From Trichosphaerium sp. ATCC 40318 (Eukaryota > Protista > Tubulinea): a stretch of DNA of 64,000 nucleotides. The DNA lies in the NCBI GenBank assembly GCA_038496445.1, contig JALMLS010000062.1, positions 558,001 to 622,000 on the forward strand. Direction: 5' to 3'. Position numbers and translations under genes: made by a program. The notes beneath the pieces are model-generated. The model made no database searches and was not told the DNA's origin. It saw only the letters and a program-made list of their open reading frames with translations. This document shows, in pieces, positions 50,499 to 61,703 of the stretch (position 1 is its first letter; the number at the start of each line of letters is the position of its first letter).

Positions 50499-51680
50499 TC
50501 ATTGATACATAGCCACCATACAAAGCATCTCGCCGAATTCTTTGGACCGTATGTCGTACGTAACAGCTCTGCAAGATTTTGAACAATACCACGTGACATT
50601 TGGCTGCATTTTTAGTATTGTTTCAATCTCACCAAATGACTCACGCCAAACTTCTTCCCTTTGGTTTTTTGCTTTAAAACGCCATGAATTACCTTTCCTA
50701 CGCTTATCTATTACTTCCGCCCACCTAGATACGCGAAATAAGCAAAGGACACAACTAGAATTTTTTTTCTTTTTTTTTTTATTTTTGTGCAATCCGGCGG
50801 AGTTTTTAACACGTATCAACACACGTGTTACGTACCGTTTTATTGACTTATAAGCTCCATAGGTATCTCTAGGTCTTTTTTGTTTGTATTGACTCAACAC
50901 GCTGACAGCAGTCATGAATACTCTATCATTACTACAAAACAGTAAGTAACCTTATTTTTTTAACTATGAACCGACGTAGTTATAAACGATTTTTTAAACA
51001 CTAGAAAGCGACATAGAGGTAACGTACAATACAACAAACGTATCATCTTCCATGTGAACGCCTGCTTTTAAAATGCTGGCTAGACAAACAGCATAAAGGT
51101 ACGGTTTCTTACTCCTACCTAGTACACGCTGTAGTAGCGGTTGTGCTTGTATACTAAGCGAGTATGTATTACGTTTATCCTCGAGATTATCCTAAGGGTG
51201 ATTGAGCACTATGAATCGCTGACATTAATGAAAAAAACAAGAACGCTTGGCGTTAAAGAGCGGCATAAAAAAGCAAAAAGTTGGACTTTGAATCTTCTTT
51301 TTTTTTATTTCCAAACGATTTTCTTTAATGTTGAGTTGTAGTACCTCATGTATTAATGCTGTTCTAGTAATCATTTTGAACTCTCGTCGTTCAGGTTCTA
51401 CCTTCACGGGCACAACACGTGGTGAGTCTTGAGTTCGAACAAACCACGCGTAAGGAGGGCATTGGCTTGTTTTTGGTTGTTCTCGCTTTATCTGACGAAG
51501 AGTTGACTGTGTACACTCGAACTGAAAAGATCGTTGTTCAATCGTGTAAGGGATAGGTGGGGTATTATGGTGCAGTGATTGGTAAGATTCAGGGAGCATA
51601 TCAGTTTCGAAAACAGGCAAGAAATGAGAGATGTCGTGACATTGTAAGATATAGTCGGTAGGTTGTTGGTAGTATAACAT
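50499..51680 (-). CDS. Unknown protein, putative transcription factor, paralog B
   Basis: Shares DYILQCHDIS..LP.FE.D.LPESY, PYLYAVCLA, SQYKQKRPRDTYGAYKSIKRWA and KRRKGNSWRF with paralog A. Confidence 0.7.
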
Positions 51681-52269
51681 TGATTTATTGGTTTATCAAG
51701 GCGAGTGGTGTTGTACTCTTTGTTGGGGTATCTCAAGAATAAACAGAAAAAAAAAAAGAAATATGTGATATTATTTGAAGATTTTTTTTGTTCATTATGT
51801 GATGCATTATATGTCTACTTCGTGACCTATATTTTATTCTATCTCGTCCAATACGTTGTGTTTATGATTATGTATCAATTTGAAGACAATGCCGTAAAGG
51901 GATAGTGGCGTGGACAATTGGCAGTAGAAGCAATTTAGTATTTTTTTTTAACTTTGTAAACTACGAGACTGTTTAATTAGCTCTGTTTAGCTTATATCGC
52001 AGTATCGGAGTTACTTCTACAAATAGTACTTCTATAAAGTCCGGCAACTTTTAGTTACACTGTTGTAAAGTACGAAAATAATTAATACAACCAATGAGGT
52101 CGAAAGTGAGGACATTGGCATCAACACTAATTACGCATTATCTAAACGTATTTCTCGATGGTCGTTTTGGTGAACACATTGTTGACAACTCCAACCAATA
52201 ACCTCTATAGAGATGCTTAATGGTAAGCTTTTTAAATATGAATACCTTTGGTAGAGTTATAATGAGGGT

Positions 52270-52970
52270 AGGACGGCCTGTACGCCAATTTCAGAAATTA
52301 CCACAATACCAACTTCTGAACAAAACGAAAGTTGAAATGCTACATGGAGTGCTAGCAAAAAAACTTCTCCCAAATTTCTGCTGATTGTTCACAAGCTGGC
52401 GGTCAGTATCAATCACTTAGTTTTCCCACGCATGACGCTATATTTTCACACTTTGATATATACCAATGGCAGTACTATGGATAGCACGTTGATGGTGTTT
52501 CCGGTACATTTTTTCAAAAGTTAAGTGATTATAAAGCAAATGATCTCTGTATGCCCTTATATCTTTTATATAAGCGTCAGTATCAATGTCATCTGCCAAT
52601 GAGGTGAACTATAAATAAGTGCATTACTAACCCATGTTTTCGCCTCATACACTATTTATGTAGCTCTTCTTGACCACTCCATTCGAGTTGAATACAAGCT
52701 ACGTAAAAACGATACGAAACACGTGTCCAGTGGGGTTTTTTTTTCTAAAGTGGCACTATTGCCGAAACTCGTACAATTGAGGTTATCCCCATGCTGCATT
52801 GACCAATCATAGCCACCACAATCACGCATAAATCATGACTGTCGTAAACAACTTTCAGATACACTTTCCATCATCAAACCATAAAGTAATGGTAACTGAT
52901 ACATTAAGATATTATGTAAATCTAATACTTGAACGTTACCAGATTGATCTGATTATGAAGTATATTTTTA
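52270..52970 (-). pseudogene. Decayed LRAT-like paralog
   Basis: 52850-52960 matches 36805-36915 across exon-intron-exon (CCAGATTGATCTG; TACACTTTCCATCATC) but is frameshifted. 52275-52308 reads YCGNF*NWRTG, echoing NCEHFAMWARTG. Confidence 0.6.
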
Positions 52971-53084
52971 CCTAGTCTGAAACAGAATTTGGGAGTTGAG
53001 AATAAGTATTTGATTCTATCTTCTCATAACGTACTTATTGAGCTTCAGCGCACGTGATTACAGTCTCTTCGCTACTTACATCAT

Positions 53085-55177
53085 ATGTCGAGCTCTAAAT
53101 TAACTTATTCAGGCATTGACGTTCAAGAAGCAAGACAGAGGACTGTACACGTACCAAAGCATCGTTACAACAATTCATTGCTCCAATGTTCAAAAGGAAT
53201 CAGTGTCCTGTACGTCTATTCCAACGCGTGTTACTTCCTGAGTGCTTTCAAAACGCATGTGCTGTTCTCATAACGCAATGCGGGATGTCAGGTATGGTTT
53301 GCCGAGTGTATGCAGTGAATGATGTGCGCTCTCTTGTTCTGACTTTTGCTTAACACTGGCTTAGACTCAAGCCTAGTACTTGACGCGTACAACAACGTTT
53401 CAGGCTTATATGGATGGTTCGTCATCATTCAACAAACGTTGTAAGAATGCTGCTAAGTCAGCACGGGTAATGTTGTCGCCACAAGCTTGTATTTGCCTTG
53501 GTATAAGCCCGCTGATTGAGTAAAGTACTCCTGATGTCTCAGCAAGCGTTAGAATGGATTACACCTGGTGAAGCCCCATTTACTGTTTTTTATCAAGGTA
53601 CGGCTTTAATAGGATACAATATAGCGTATTTAATTGCGTGTAAAGGTATTTTTTGCTCACAGACTCAGCTTGCAAAATACACAGGTCCAAAAGGCTTTAT
53701 TAGTACAGCTGGGGATACTGTTGTATGTAAGAATGGAATAGAAACAGTTTATAAACCGTTTGTCGGTAAAGAAATTGATACAATAATTCTAAAGTACGCC
53801 ACCAGCTTCTTACGCTCTTTGGTGATGTAAAAACGCGTGTAACGCTGATTTTAGAAAAAATAACCCAAAAAATACTTCAAGTTGTTGTTCTATCGCTCCA
53901 GCTGTTCATTACATCACCAATTGGCGGTACAACTATGTTTACGGTACGTAATTAAAAAAAGAAAGCAAGAATTCCAAAAAAATCTGATTCTGTACTACAC
54001 TCATACTGAACACAAATTTTTGGCGGTTTAGTATACGCTATGGTTTGTATAGCAATATTTTTCAAACAAAAACTAGTTTGGAAGTTGAAAGAGTAACCAG
54101 AAAATCCACAAAATGCATCACAATCCAAAACAATCAAAAAAAAAAAAGAAAAAAAATTGAGTTATCATCTTGCGCTCGTATTGATTTTTTTTGATCAGGT
54201 GTTACTGTAAAGCAACAAGAAGACCAGAAAGAAACTGTTGATGCACACCAGATGGATTTTTTCAAAGCAAGCTTTGGACAGGAGGTTGATCTTAAGAATC
54301 ATAAGGAAAAATACAACCTTTGTGTACGGGTTTTTTTCGCTTTATCGTGTACTACTGTATTTCAATTAGGCTTCTTTTTAACACTACCATAGATGAAAAA
54401 AAATGGAGGCTCTGATGTAATTCTTTTTGGTTGCTCACGAGGTGCAGCTACCACATGGTACGTCTTCAACAATTCTTTTTGAAATGATAGTAAAGATTTC
54501 TTTTTGACTTGTGTCATTTCTTTTACAGTTTCTTCAAAACACGTCCTATTTAGTGCATTTATGTTCTTTCCATTAGCAGTATTTTATTAGTTGGTTTCAA
54601 ATGTATTTAAAAAACGACTAGGAACGCCATGTGCTTGCATAAATATCCAAATGTTAAGCTTGTGATTTTAGAAGGTATTTTTCATTCAGTTGCAGATCTT
54701 CTTGCAACTTCAGTACCTTATGGACACGAAACAGTACATGCATTAATGCCGTACCTATTCCCTAAATATGATCCAAAAGGACCTGCTCCAGGTATGTTGT
54801 ATTTCAATGTAGTGAGTAATCTGTACTCCTTTGATGTTGATTTTTTTTTCTCATTGTTTTTTTTGGTTTTAGGTAACCTCGTTGATCAGTTTCCTCCTGG
54901 TGTACCTGTAGTTTTTATAAGCTCTAAAATAGATAAAGTAGTTCCATTTTCAAGTACACTCAAGCTTGCAAATGCTCTAGCAAAACGTCAGAAAAATGAG
55001 GTTTATTTTATCAATCTTACAGCCTCATCACATCCATACTATCCATTGAGCAATCAGGACGACAAGAACGCGTATGCTTATGGATTACACGCTATATATA
55101 AAATCCATGATCTACCTCATAATGTCGAATACGCGCGCCTAGGCAAGGATATTCCAGTGCGCTTTTCAGAAATTTAG
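53085..55177 (+). CDS. Alpha/beta hydrolase (serine esterase-like)
   Basis: Nucleophile elbow VILFGCSRGAAT, then VKLVILEG, acid residue in SSKIDKVVP and His in SSHPYY. 5' exons uncertain. Confidence 0.8.
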
Positions 55178-55681
55178 TGTAATAATAAAAATAGATACAA
55201 ATACTCAATACGCGAAACGAGTGGTTTGAGAACTAGTTTACTCATCCACAAGACTTACAAGTATCCAATTAAACAACTCTAATCTTATTAATACAGTCCC
55301 AACACCTGACAACATAGTGGAAGTTACCAATTGAGAAAATAGTGGACAACTTGATAGCACCTTTCAAACACGTGCTGGTACATGAATATCCATTTATATA
55401 ATTGTAAGCTGAACACCTATCTCTGGAAACAGAAAGGAGTATCGCACCAAACTAGTTTATTAATGAGTAGCAAATTCGTGAACACTATTATAACAACAAA
55501 GTCAGAATTCTTTGCAAAAAGAAAAAACGCGACTTTTGCTGTTGCATGTTTATTTCGTTGCGTCGGTGTACGGTACTGTACTAAATATCATATTTAGTGT
55601 ACCTCAGAGGTAATTTAAACGAGTATACACAAATTTGACTGCTATTTTTAGCTCTAAAGGCAACACAATTCGCAAAACACT

Positions 55682-56533
55682 ATGGCAGACGCTATCAAGC
55701 AAAACAAGCATAAAAAACGACATAACTCCGCTAAACAGACTTCATTGACCTCTTTGGGGTATGATATCGCGTTTTTAATAAGCAGCCTAAGCGATGATAA
55801 CCTAATGCTAACTCTGAGTGGTGTATCAACAGTTTTTTTTAAATGTTTACGAAAAAGACGGAAAAAAATATTTGGTAAAGTTGGGTCAGTTGTTGATGTT
55901 GTTGTAAAAATGGCAAACATGGGATATGATGAATACTCTTATGACGCCGATGATTATGAACCAGAGATACTTGGATACCATTATACGTTGTTACGTTCAG
56001 ATGGGACATACAAGTATACTGACTCGGATTGTGAACCAATGTTCTCAAATTACGAGACTACTTTCGGAATAGGAAAATGGTGGTTTGTTGTAGATCCTAA
56101 AAGTGGAATTAAACTATGTCGTAAAGGATTTAAAAGAATGCGTTATGATCAATTTGGTTGTGCAGATGAGGAAGAAATAGAAGAAGGAGGTAAAAAATTG
56201 ATTGTTCATGAAGGTGATCTCTTACCACAAGAAAAAGATGAGTATGAAATCTCTTTGAAAGGGTGGCTTACTTGCATAAAAACGGATGGAGAAATATTAC
56301 CTATTGATACTGAGTTCGAAGATATGCCGTATCCTGAAATTACTACGTTCATTAAACACGATCCAAACAAAGAATCAAATATAGTATGTTCTTCTTCTTC
56401 TGAAGACAACAGAAAAAGAAACGACGTTACACTATTAGCTAAACCTGAAGACAACAGAAAAAGAAACGACGTTGCACTATTAGCTAAACCTGAAGACAAC
56501 AGAAAAAAGAAACGACGTTGCACTATTAGCTAA
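55682..56533 (+). CDS. Intronless hypothetical protein with F-box-like N-terminal motif
   Basis: 283-aa ORF. SLTSLGYDIAFLISSLSDDNLMLTLSGVSTVF resembles a divergent F-box. Basic C-terminus. Confidence 0.6.
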   Translation: MADAIKQNKHKKRHNSAKQTSLTSLGYDIAFLISSLSDDNLMLTLSGVSTVFFKCLRKRRKKIFGKVGSVVDVVVKMANMGYDEYSYDADDYEPEILGYHYTLLRSDGTYKYTDSDCEPMFSNYETTFGIGKWWFVVDPKSGIKLCRKGFKRMRYDQFGCADEEEIEEGGKKLIVHEGDLLPQEKDEYEISLKGWLTCIKTDGEILPIDTEFEDMPYPEITTFIKHDPNKESNIVCSSSSEDNRKRNDVTLLAKPEDNRKRNDVALLAKPEDNRKKKRRCTIS

Positions 56534-56535
56534 AC
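56400..56535 (+). repeat. 45-bp tandem repeat x3 in the CDS end
   Basis: Unit TGAAGACAACAGAAAAAGAAACGACGTTRCACTATTAGCTAAACC. The third copy has one extra A. Confidence 0.95.
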
Positions 56536-56925
56536 TAAATAGAATCTACTAAGAAATTACGGTGGCCTACTGCTCCAAAAGCTATTATTTTTTAGCTTCT
56601 CCAGACTACTAAATATCAAGGAAAACTAATCCAAACATAACAAATTTACCTATCTGTGTAAAAGCTGACAAAAGTCTTTTGAAGAAATCTAATAAAAATT
56701 TCGAAAATCGAAAAAAAACACAGTTCAAGTCTGTTTTGTATCCTCCTCTGAGTTACCTTCTCTTAATTGGCGTTGTAGTAACCGTTTCTGTTGTTCATTC
56801 AGGTGAGTGTCATTCTATGCACTGGTTGACACAAAGAGCATGCTGCGTTTTTATTCACATTCTGTAAAGTGTACACTTTTTTTTTTGCTGAATTCTATTT
56901 TTGTTAAGGCACCACAAGCGACAAA

Positions 56926-57692
56926 ATGACTGCTCAACAAAAAATAGTAGTATTAGGAGAAGGTGGCGTTGGAAAATCGTCAGTAACAATACAATTAGTA
57001 GCAAACCAGTTTGTCCAAGAATTCGACCCAACTATAGAAGATTCGTACGCTTTATAAATCGTTTTACGCAATTTATAGCGTATTCGATTGTATTTGGCCA
57101 AAAAAAGGCTTAAACCCTCTCTCAGGTACCGCCACCAATGTATTATTGATGAAGCACCTGTTCTCTTGGATATTCTAGACACAGCGGGCAGAGACGAGTA
57201 TTCTGCACATCGTGATCAAGTACGTAAATAAACTGTATTGGGAAGTATCATTCTAAAGCATATGTGGCAGTGGTTATCTGAAGGCGAAGGATTCTTGATT
57301 ATTTATTCTATTACGAGCCGTGAGTCATTTGAGCAGACACCGCGCTTTTTTGATTCGGTCTTGAGGTAAGAGGAAGCACGTGAACACGACAAAAGTTTCC
57401 TTTTTTGGTTGGACTTAAAAAGTTATTTTCAAAGATTTGAACAGTACTCAACGTCTTACTTGTTGTTTGAAGGGTGAAAGATTCTGAATCATTTCCTGCT
57501 GTATTGGTAGGTAATAAAGCTGATTTAAGCGAAACAGATAGAAAAGTTGGTGAAGAAGAAGGACAAGAATTAGCAAAACATTACGGCATACCTTTTTTTG
57601 AGACTTCAGCTAAAACACGTGTCAATGTTGTAGAAGCATTTTATGAACTTGTGAGACAGATACGAACTAGAAATACCACTGTACATAAATAA
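56926..57692 (+). CDS. Ras-subfamily small GTPase (4 exons), atypical
   Basis: Motifs [40 protein letters not shown]. Confidence 0.93.
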
Positions 57693-58062
57693 AAATAAAC
57701 AGGTCGTGAGTGCTCAGAACTGCAATTGTAAGAGTGATAGCAGTGGTGCCAAAACGACTTCACCAGCGCTTAGCCAAATCACTGCAGAAACTACGCTAGA
57801 CTCAGTAGGCACAAGTGTCGTATGTGCTGGAATCCAGATTGTTTACTGATACCAACTAGGTCCATTTTTTGCACCATTGTTATTAGTAGACTGTGCAACA
57901 AGCTAATCAGCGAATCACGAGTTGGCCTAATAGTTTTAGTCAAACTTGTTTAAAAACAACAATCCACAGCATAATGTTGACTCTATCAAATAAAGCACTG
58001 CATGTTAATCCCGATGGCATTTTTTCAAATTCTAGATTATCACGTGCAACTGTTTGATTATC

Positions 58063-59988
58063 CTATGTCTCGCAGTAGTCTTTCAATAGGTAGTTATAAA
58101 AACAATAGCACTTGCATTTGGAAATGGAACCTGAGCAGTTGAGTAGCAATACAGGATATAGAACCTGTTGATGGTAATACCAAACCTTCACTCGCTATAT
58201 ACAAGGTATCTCCAATTATCTCAACTGTTGTGAAACAGAGTTAAGGAGCATACAAAAAAAGTAACTTTCAATACGAAAAAAAAGCACTTCCTCTCGGTAA
58301 AGGATATTCAGTTTCGAAACCGAGTATACAAACACTCTATCAATTATAAGAATCAACATTTCAAATCACGTTTAGGCAGGTTTTGGTTGTAAAATGATAG
58401 ATAAGAAAAATATGAGATGTTTTTTTAAATTTATTCAAAGTATTTTGTTTCAAAGGGGTGGCTTTTTTTTTATGGGTTCCAAGTGCTTCTATCAGGTAAT
58501 ATACTTGGTCGTCTTGGTTTTTTATCTTCATCTGTAAATGTACCAGACATTTGTAGCTCATACCTACATTGTCAATGAATACAATAAAAAAAGTTGTAAA
58601 AAAAAATTAACTAACCTAAAACTTGGAGGGCGCATTGTTGTGTTTCCACCAGTCTTGCTTGAGTACTGTCGTTTATGAAGAGATGGTATTTTTTCAGATT
58701 TTTCCTCATCATCAAAACCAGCTGGCGTAGAAGGACCTGTAGGTCGCGGTCTCGGACTTGTGACCATCTGTCTAACTGACATCGACTTTGAACTTAAAGG
58801 CATCGGTTCTGTATTTTTTTTATCAGATGATTTTTTTCTTTCATGTATTTCTCAATAGGCTCGTACCTTTTCCTCTTCTTCTTCCGTGACAAGAAAAGGA
58901 TCTACCGTATCCCATTAGAGGACGTGTAATCTTTGGATTCGCATTGATTTTTGTTTCGGGAGATGAAGCTAAAGATGCAGTCTGCCATTTTCTTCTATGT
59001 TTGGGCATAATAGGAGTTGTGTTTGCTCGTTTATTCCTTCCCATCGGATTTATTGCATTAACACCCATTGCTCGTTTCCTAACGGATCCTACATAGGTTT
59101 TTCTTTTAGGTTCAAGGAAAACAAGTGGATGACTGAAAACGCCGAAAAAAAAATATTTTGTTGTATATACCTGGACGGCGTACTCTTAGGTTAAATGTGA
59201 CGAAGGCTGTTGATTTATTATTTCTAAAGACAGGTATTCGTCTCATAGTTGATGTTTCTGATACCTCTGCAAGGCTTAGTAGCGCCTTACCTACCTAATA
59301 AAACATGAAAAGACAGCCTTTACAAAAAACCTCTATCAACCAAAAAACACACGAAAAAAAAGATACATGTTTCGGCTTGAATGTATTTTTGGTTCCAGTG
59401 CCAGACGGAATATGGAAAGGGCACGGTGTTGTATACAATATATTTAAACGTACCATGCGGTTAAGAGCCTTATTTGTTGTCGATACAGACTTTAATTTTA
59501 CCATTAATAAATCACCATCTATATCAAGAACAGGAACGTTAAATGTTGCGTCCCAAGTTATACAACCCTTTTTTGTTTTTTTGCAGTTAATATTTATTTT
59601 GTAAACAACAAAAAGTAAAACGCGTCGATAGTAAATTTAGTTGTTTCCGCTCGTATTACTCCTTTTTTTTACATGTCTTTTCAAAGCACGTGTCATTTTT
59701 TTTATGTTCATTTAAACTTCTTAAAACCACGTTGAAATTAAACAAAAACTGAAAGGTACGCGACGGAAACAGTTTTAGGGTTATCTACTTACGTCAATAG
59801 GAGCTTTTTTGATACTACAGTACTTCCTTCCCCATTGTCTACCACGACCAACTTCAAAAGAACACTTCAAAGCCTTTGAGCCTGCGTTTAAAGATTAGGC
59901 GACAATCTCGAAAGGTTTTTTTTAATTTAATCTGTTTGAAAGACTTACCAGAATATTTGACGTCAACCAAGTGAACGACAAGTATCAT
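58063..59988 (-). CDS. N-terminal C2-domain protein with low-complexity basic middle region
   Basis: Spliced ILVVHLVDVK...ITWDATFNVPV..DGDLLMVKLKS...MVGKALLSL...VTFNL has a C2 beta-sandwich pattern. 3' end approximate. Confidence 0.65.
58230..58307 (-). other. U12-type AT-AC intron
   Basis: On the minus strand: ATATCCTTT donor, TCCTTAAC branch (58247-58240) and ...TTTCAC acceptor. Splicing gives in-frame SVCILGFETE-TVEIIGDT. Confidence 0.9.
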
Positions 59989-60226
59989 TGGCTTTAATAA
60001 ATAATAGTGTTGGACTTCGTGGGTTAAGTCCGCGAAATTAATTGTGGAATTTCTTTTCGGTTTACTCCCCTTGACTTATTCAAATTAGTTTCGAAGCCTA
60101 ATATTACGCTCCCAACATATGTCAGCAAAGCGTTACTGCATCAGGAGTACAGTTTGAAGTCTTTGAGCCGAAAAAGAGGTGACTTATGCAAGTTAAGTTA
60201 TTGCTTATAAAAAACACAAACGACAG

Positions 60227-60585
60227 ATGGCAACAACTGTACTAAATATTTAGTAAATATACGTCGTTTACAATCATTAGCATTACTTTACAGTTGATAT
60301 GATGTGCGGCGGATGCCAAAAGGCTGTTACTGGCGCTGTCAAAAGAGCAGGTAGGAATTATAGCCGCGCTAGTACCTTATGTATTTACTTTTGGAAGGTG
60401 TCCCACTAGAAAAGATTAACGCCAGTTGGGAGACAAAAACCGTTATTGTAGAGTCTGAACTACCAGCGGAAGACATTCTAGCCGCAATCAAGAAAACAGG
60501 TACGAAATTCTACAACATGCCTAATAACTGCTCATTTCACCTTAAAGGTAAAGCCGCTGAAATAAAGGAACCACCAAAGCAATAA
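60227..60585 (+). CDS. ATX1: Copper chaperone (HMA domain), 4 exons
   Basis: MATT|HYFTVDMMCGGCQKAV...ILAAIKKTGK, containing MxCxxC and KKTGK. Confidence 0.92.
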
Positions 60586-61703
60586 ACAACTTTAACACCC
60601 GAATAAAACGCTACGTACTTCTATGCCACGTATCTCGTTTAAAACAGTCAATACATACATCAACTACGCGAACACAATAAGAATTAAGCTTTAAAATCAC
60701 AAAAGGTAACAAACATCCCTAAAACAGCTTCTTATGCTTCTTCGCGCTAAAAAAAATACGTTGATTATCGCTCCGCCAGCCAGGTGTTACTGGCTTACTT
60801 GCTGACTTTTTTTTCTTGTGTTTCTGGCAAGTTTATTTGTTTACTGAAATACTGTTCATTGTTGTCACAACAACAGTACTGGAGTTGCAACAAACAATTT
60901 TCATACAGGGAGCTTATGAAAAGCGGTTAAGTAGCTCAAAATCGTGCAGTATTTTGGCTAGATTAACAAATAATTTTCTAGATACCTTTGGTACTTATAT
61001 GGGTACGTCGGATTCCATCAGTGACTAGTCTGTTTTATATATGACTTGTCATTGCTGTAACCAAACACGTTAAGTCTTGTCTTGAGAAACAGGTTCAAAA
61101 TTTGATATCGCAACTACAACACAACAACGTGACATTCGCGTTAATGGTAACTGGCACACCTCTGCTTACTGGTTTGTTGCTACTCTACAATTTCACTACG
61201 CGTCCTGAGACACGACACCAACGCACTAACAGACGTGAAACCTGCGTTTATAACCTATCTATTCACGGTAAAGATACTATTTGAAACGATGATAAGTGCA
61301 CTATGTTATTTTCGGTAGCTGTGTACGCCAATCCTTTGAGGGTAGTCAACTCTGCCAAAGCACTTTGACGCAAGGTAAAAACAACTTTGCTTTATTCATA
61401 GCAACGCTAATAGCTACATTCTACCTTTCCACATAGACACGATAGTAAACGCGTGTCGTTAAATCCCAAAGCACAAACCTAAATTCGCCAATGATCCGTA
61501 ATAATATCGCTCACGCACGACAGACGCTAGGTACCACGCCTCATGCTCACAAAACAAAAAATACCTGTGATTCCTCCACCCGAGGGCCTATATTGAGCTT
61601 AGCGGTCTAGGTGCGCCCAAATACGGCAGATATCAAGTGCACGTAGAAGGGTGTATAGGTTTCTGCCAGTAATCACGTAAATAAAAGATTGTACAAGCAT
61701 AAA

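Noticed and set aside
57690-57731. TAA reassignment (alternative genetic code) extending Ras
   Set aside because: TAA, TAG and TGA all end conserved genes here (HslV and ATX1, F-BAR/PH, Nup155), and conserved exons have no in-frame TAA.
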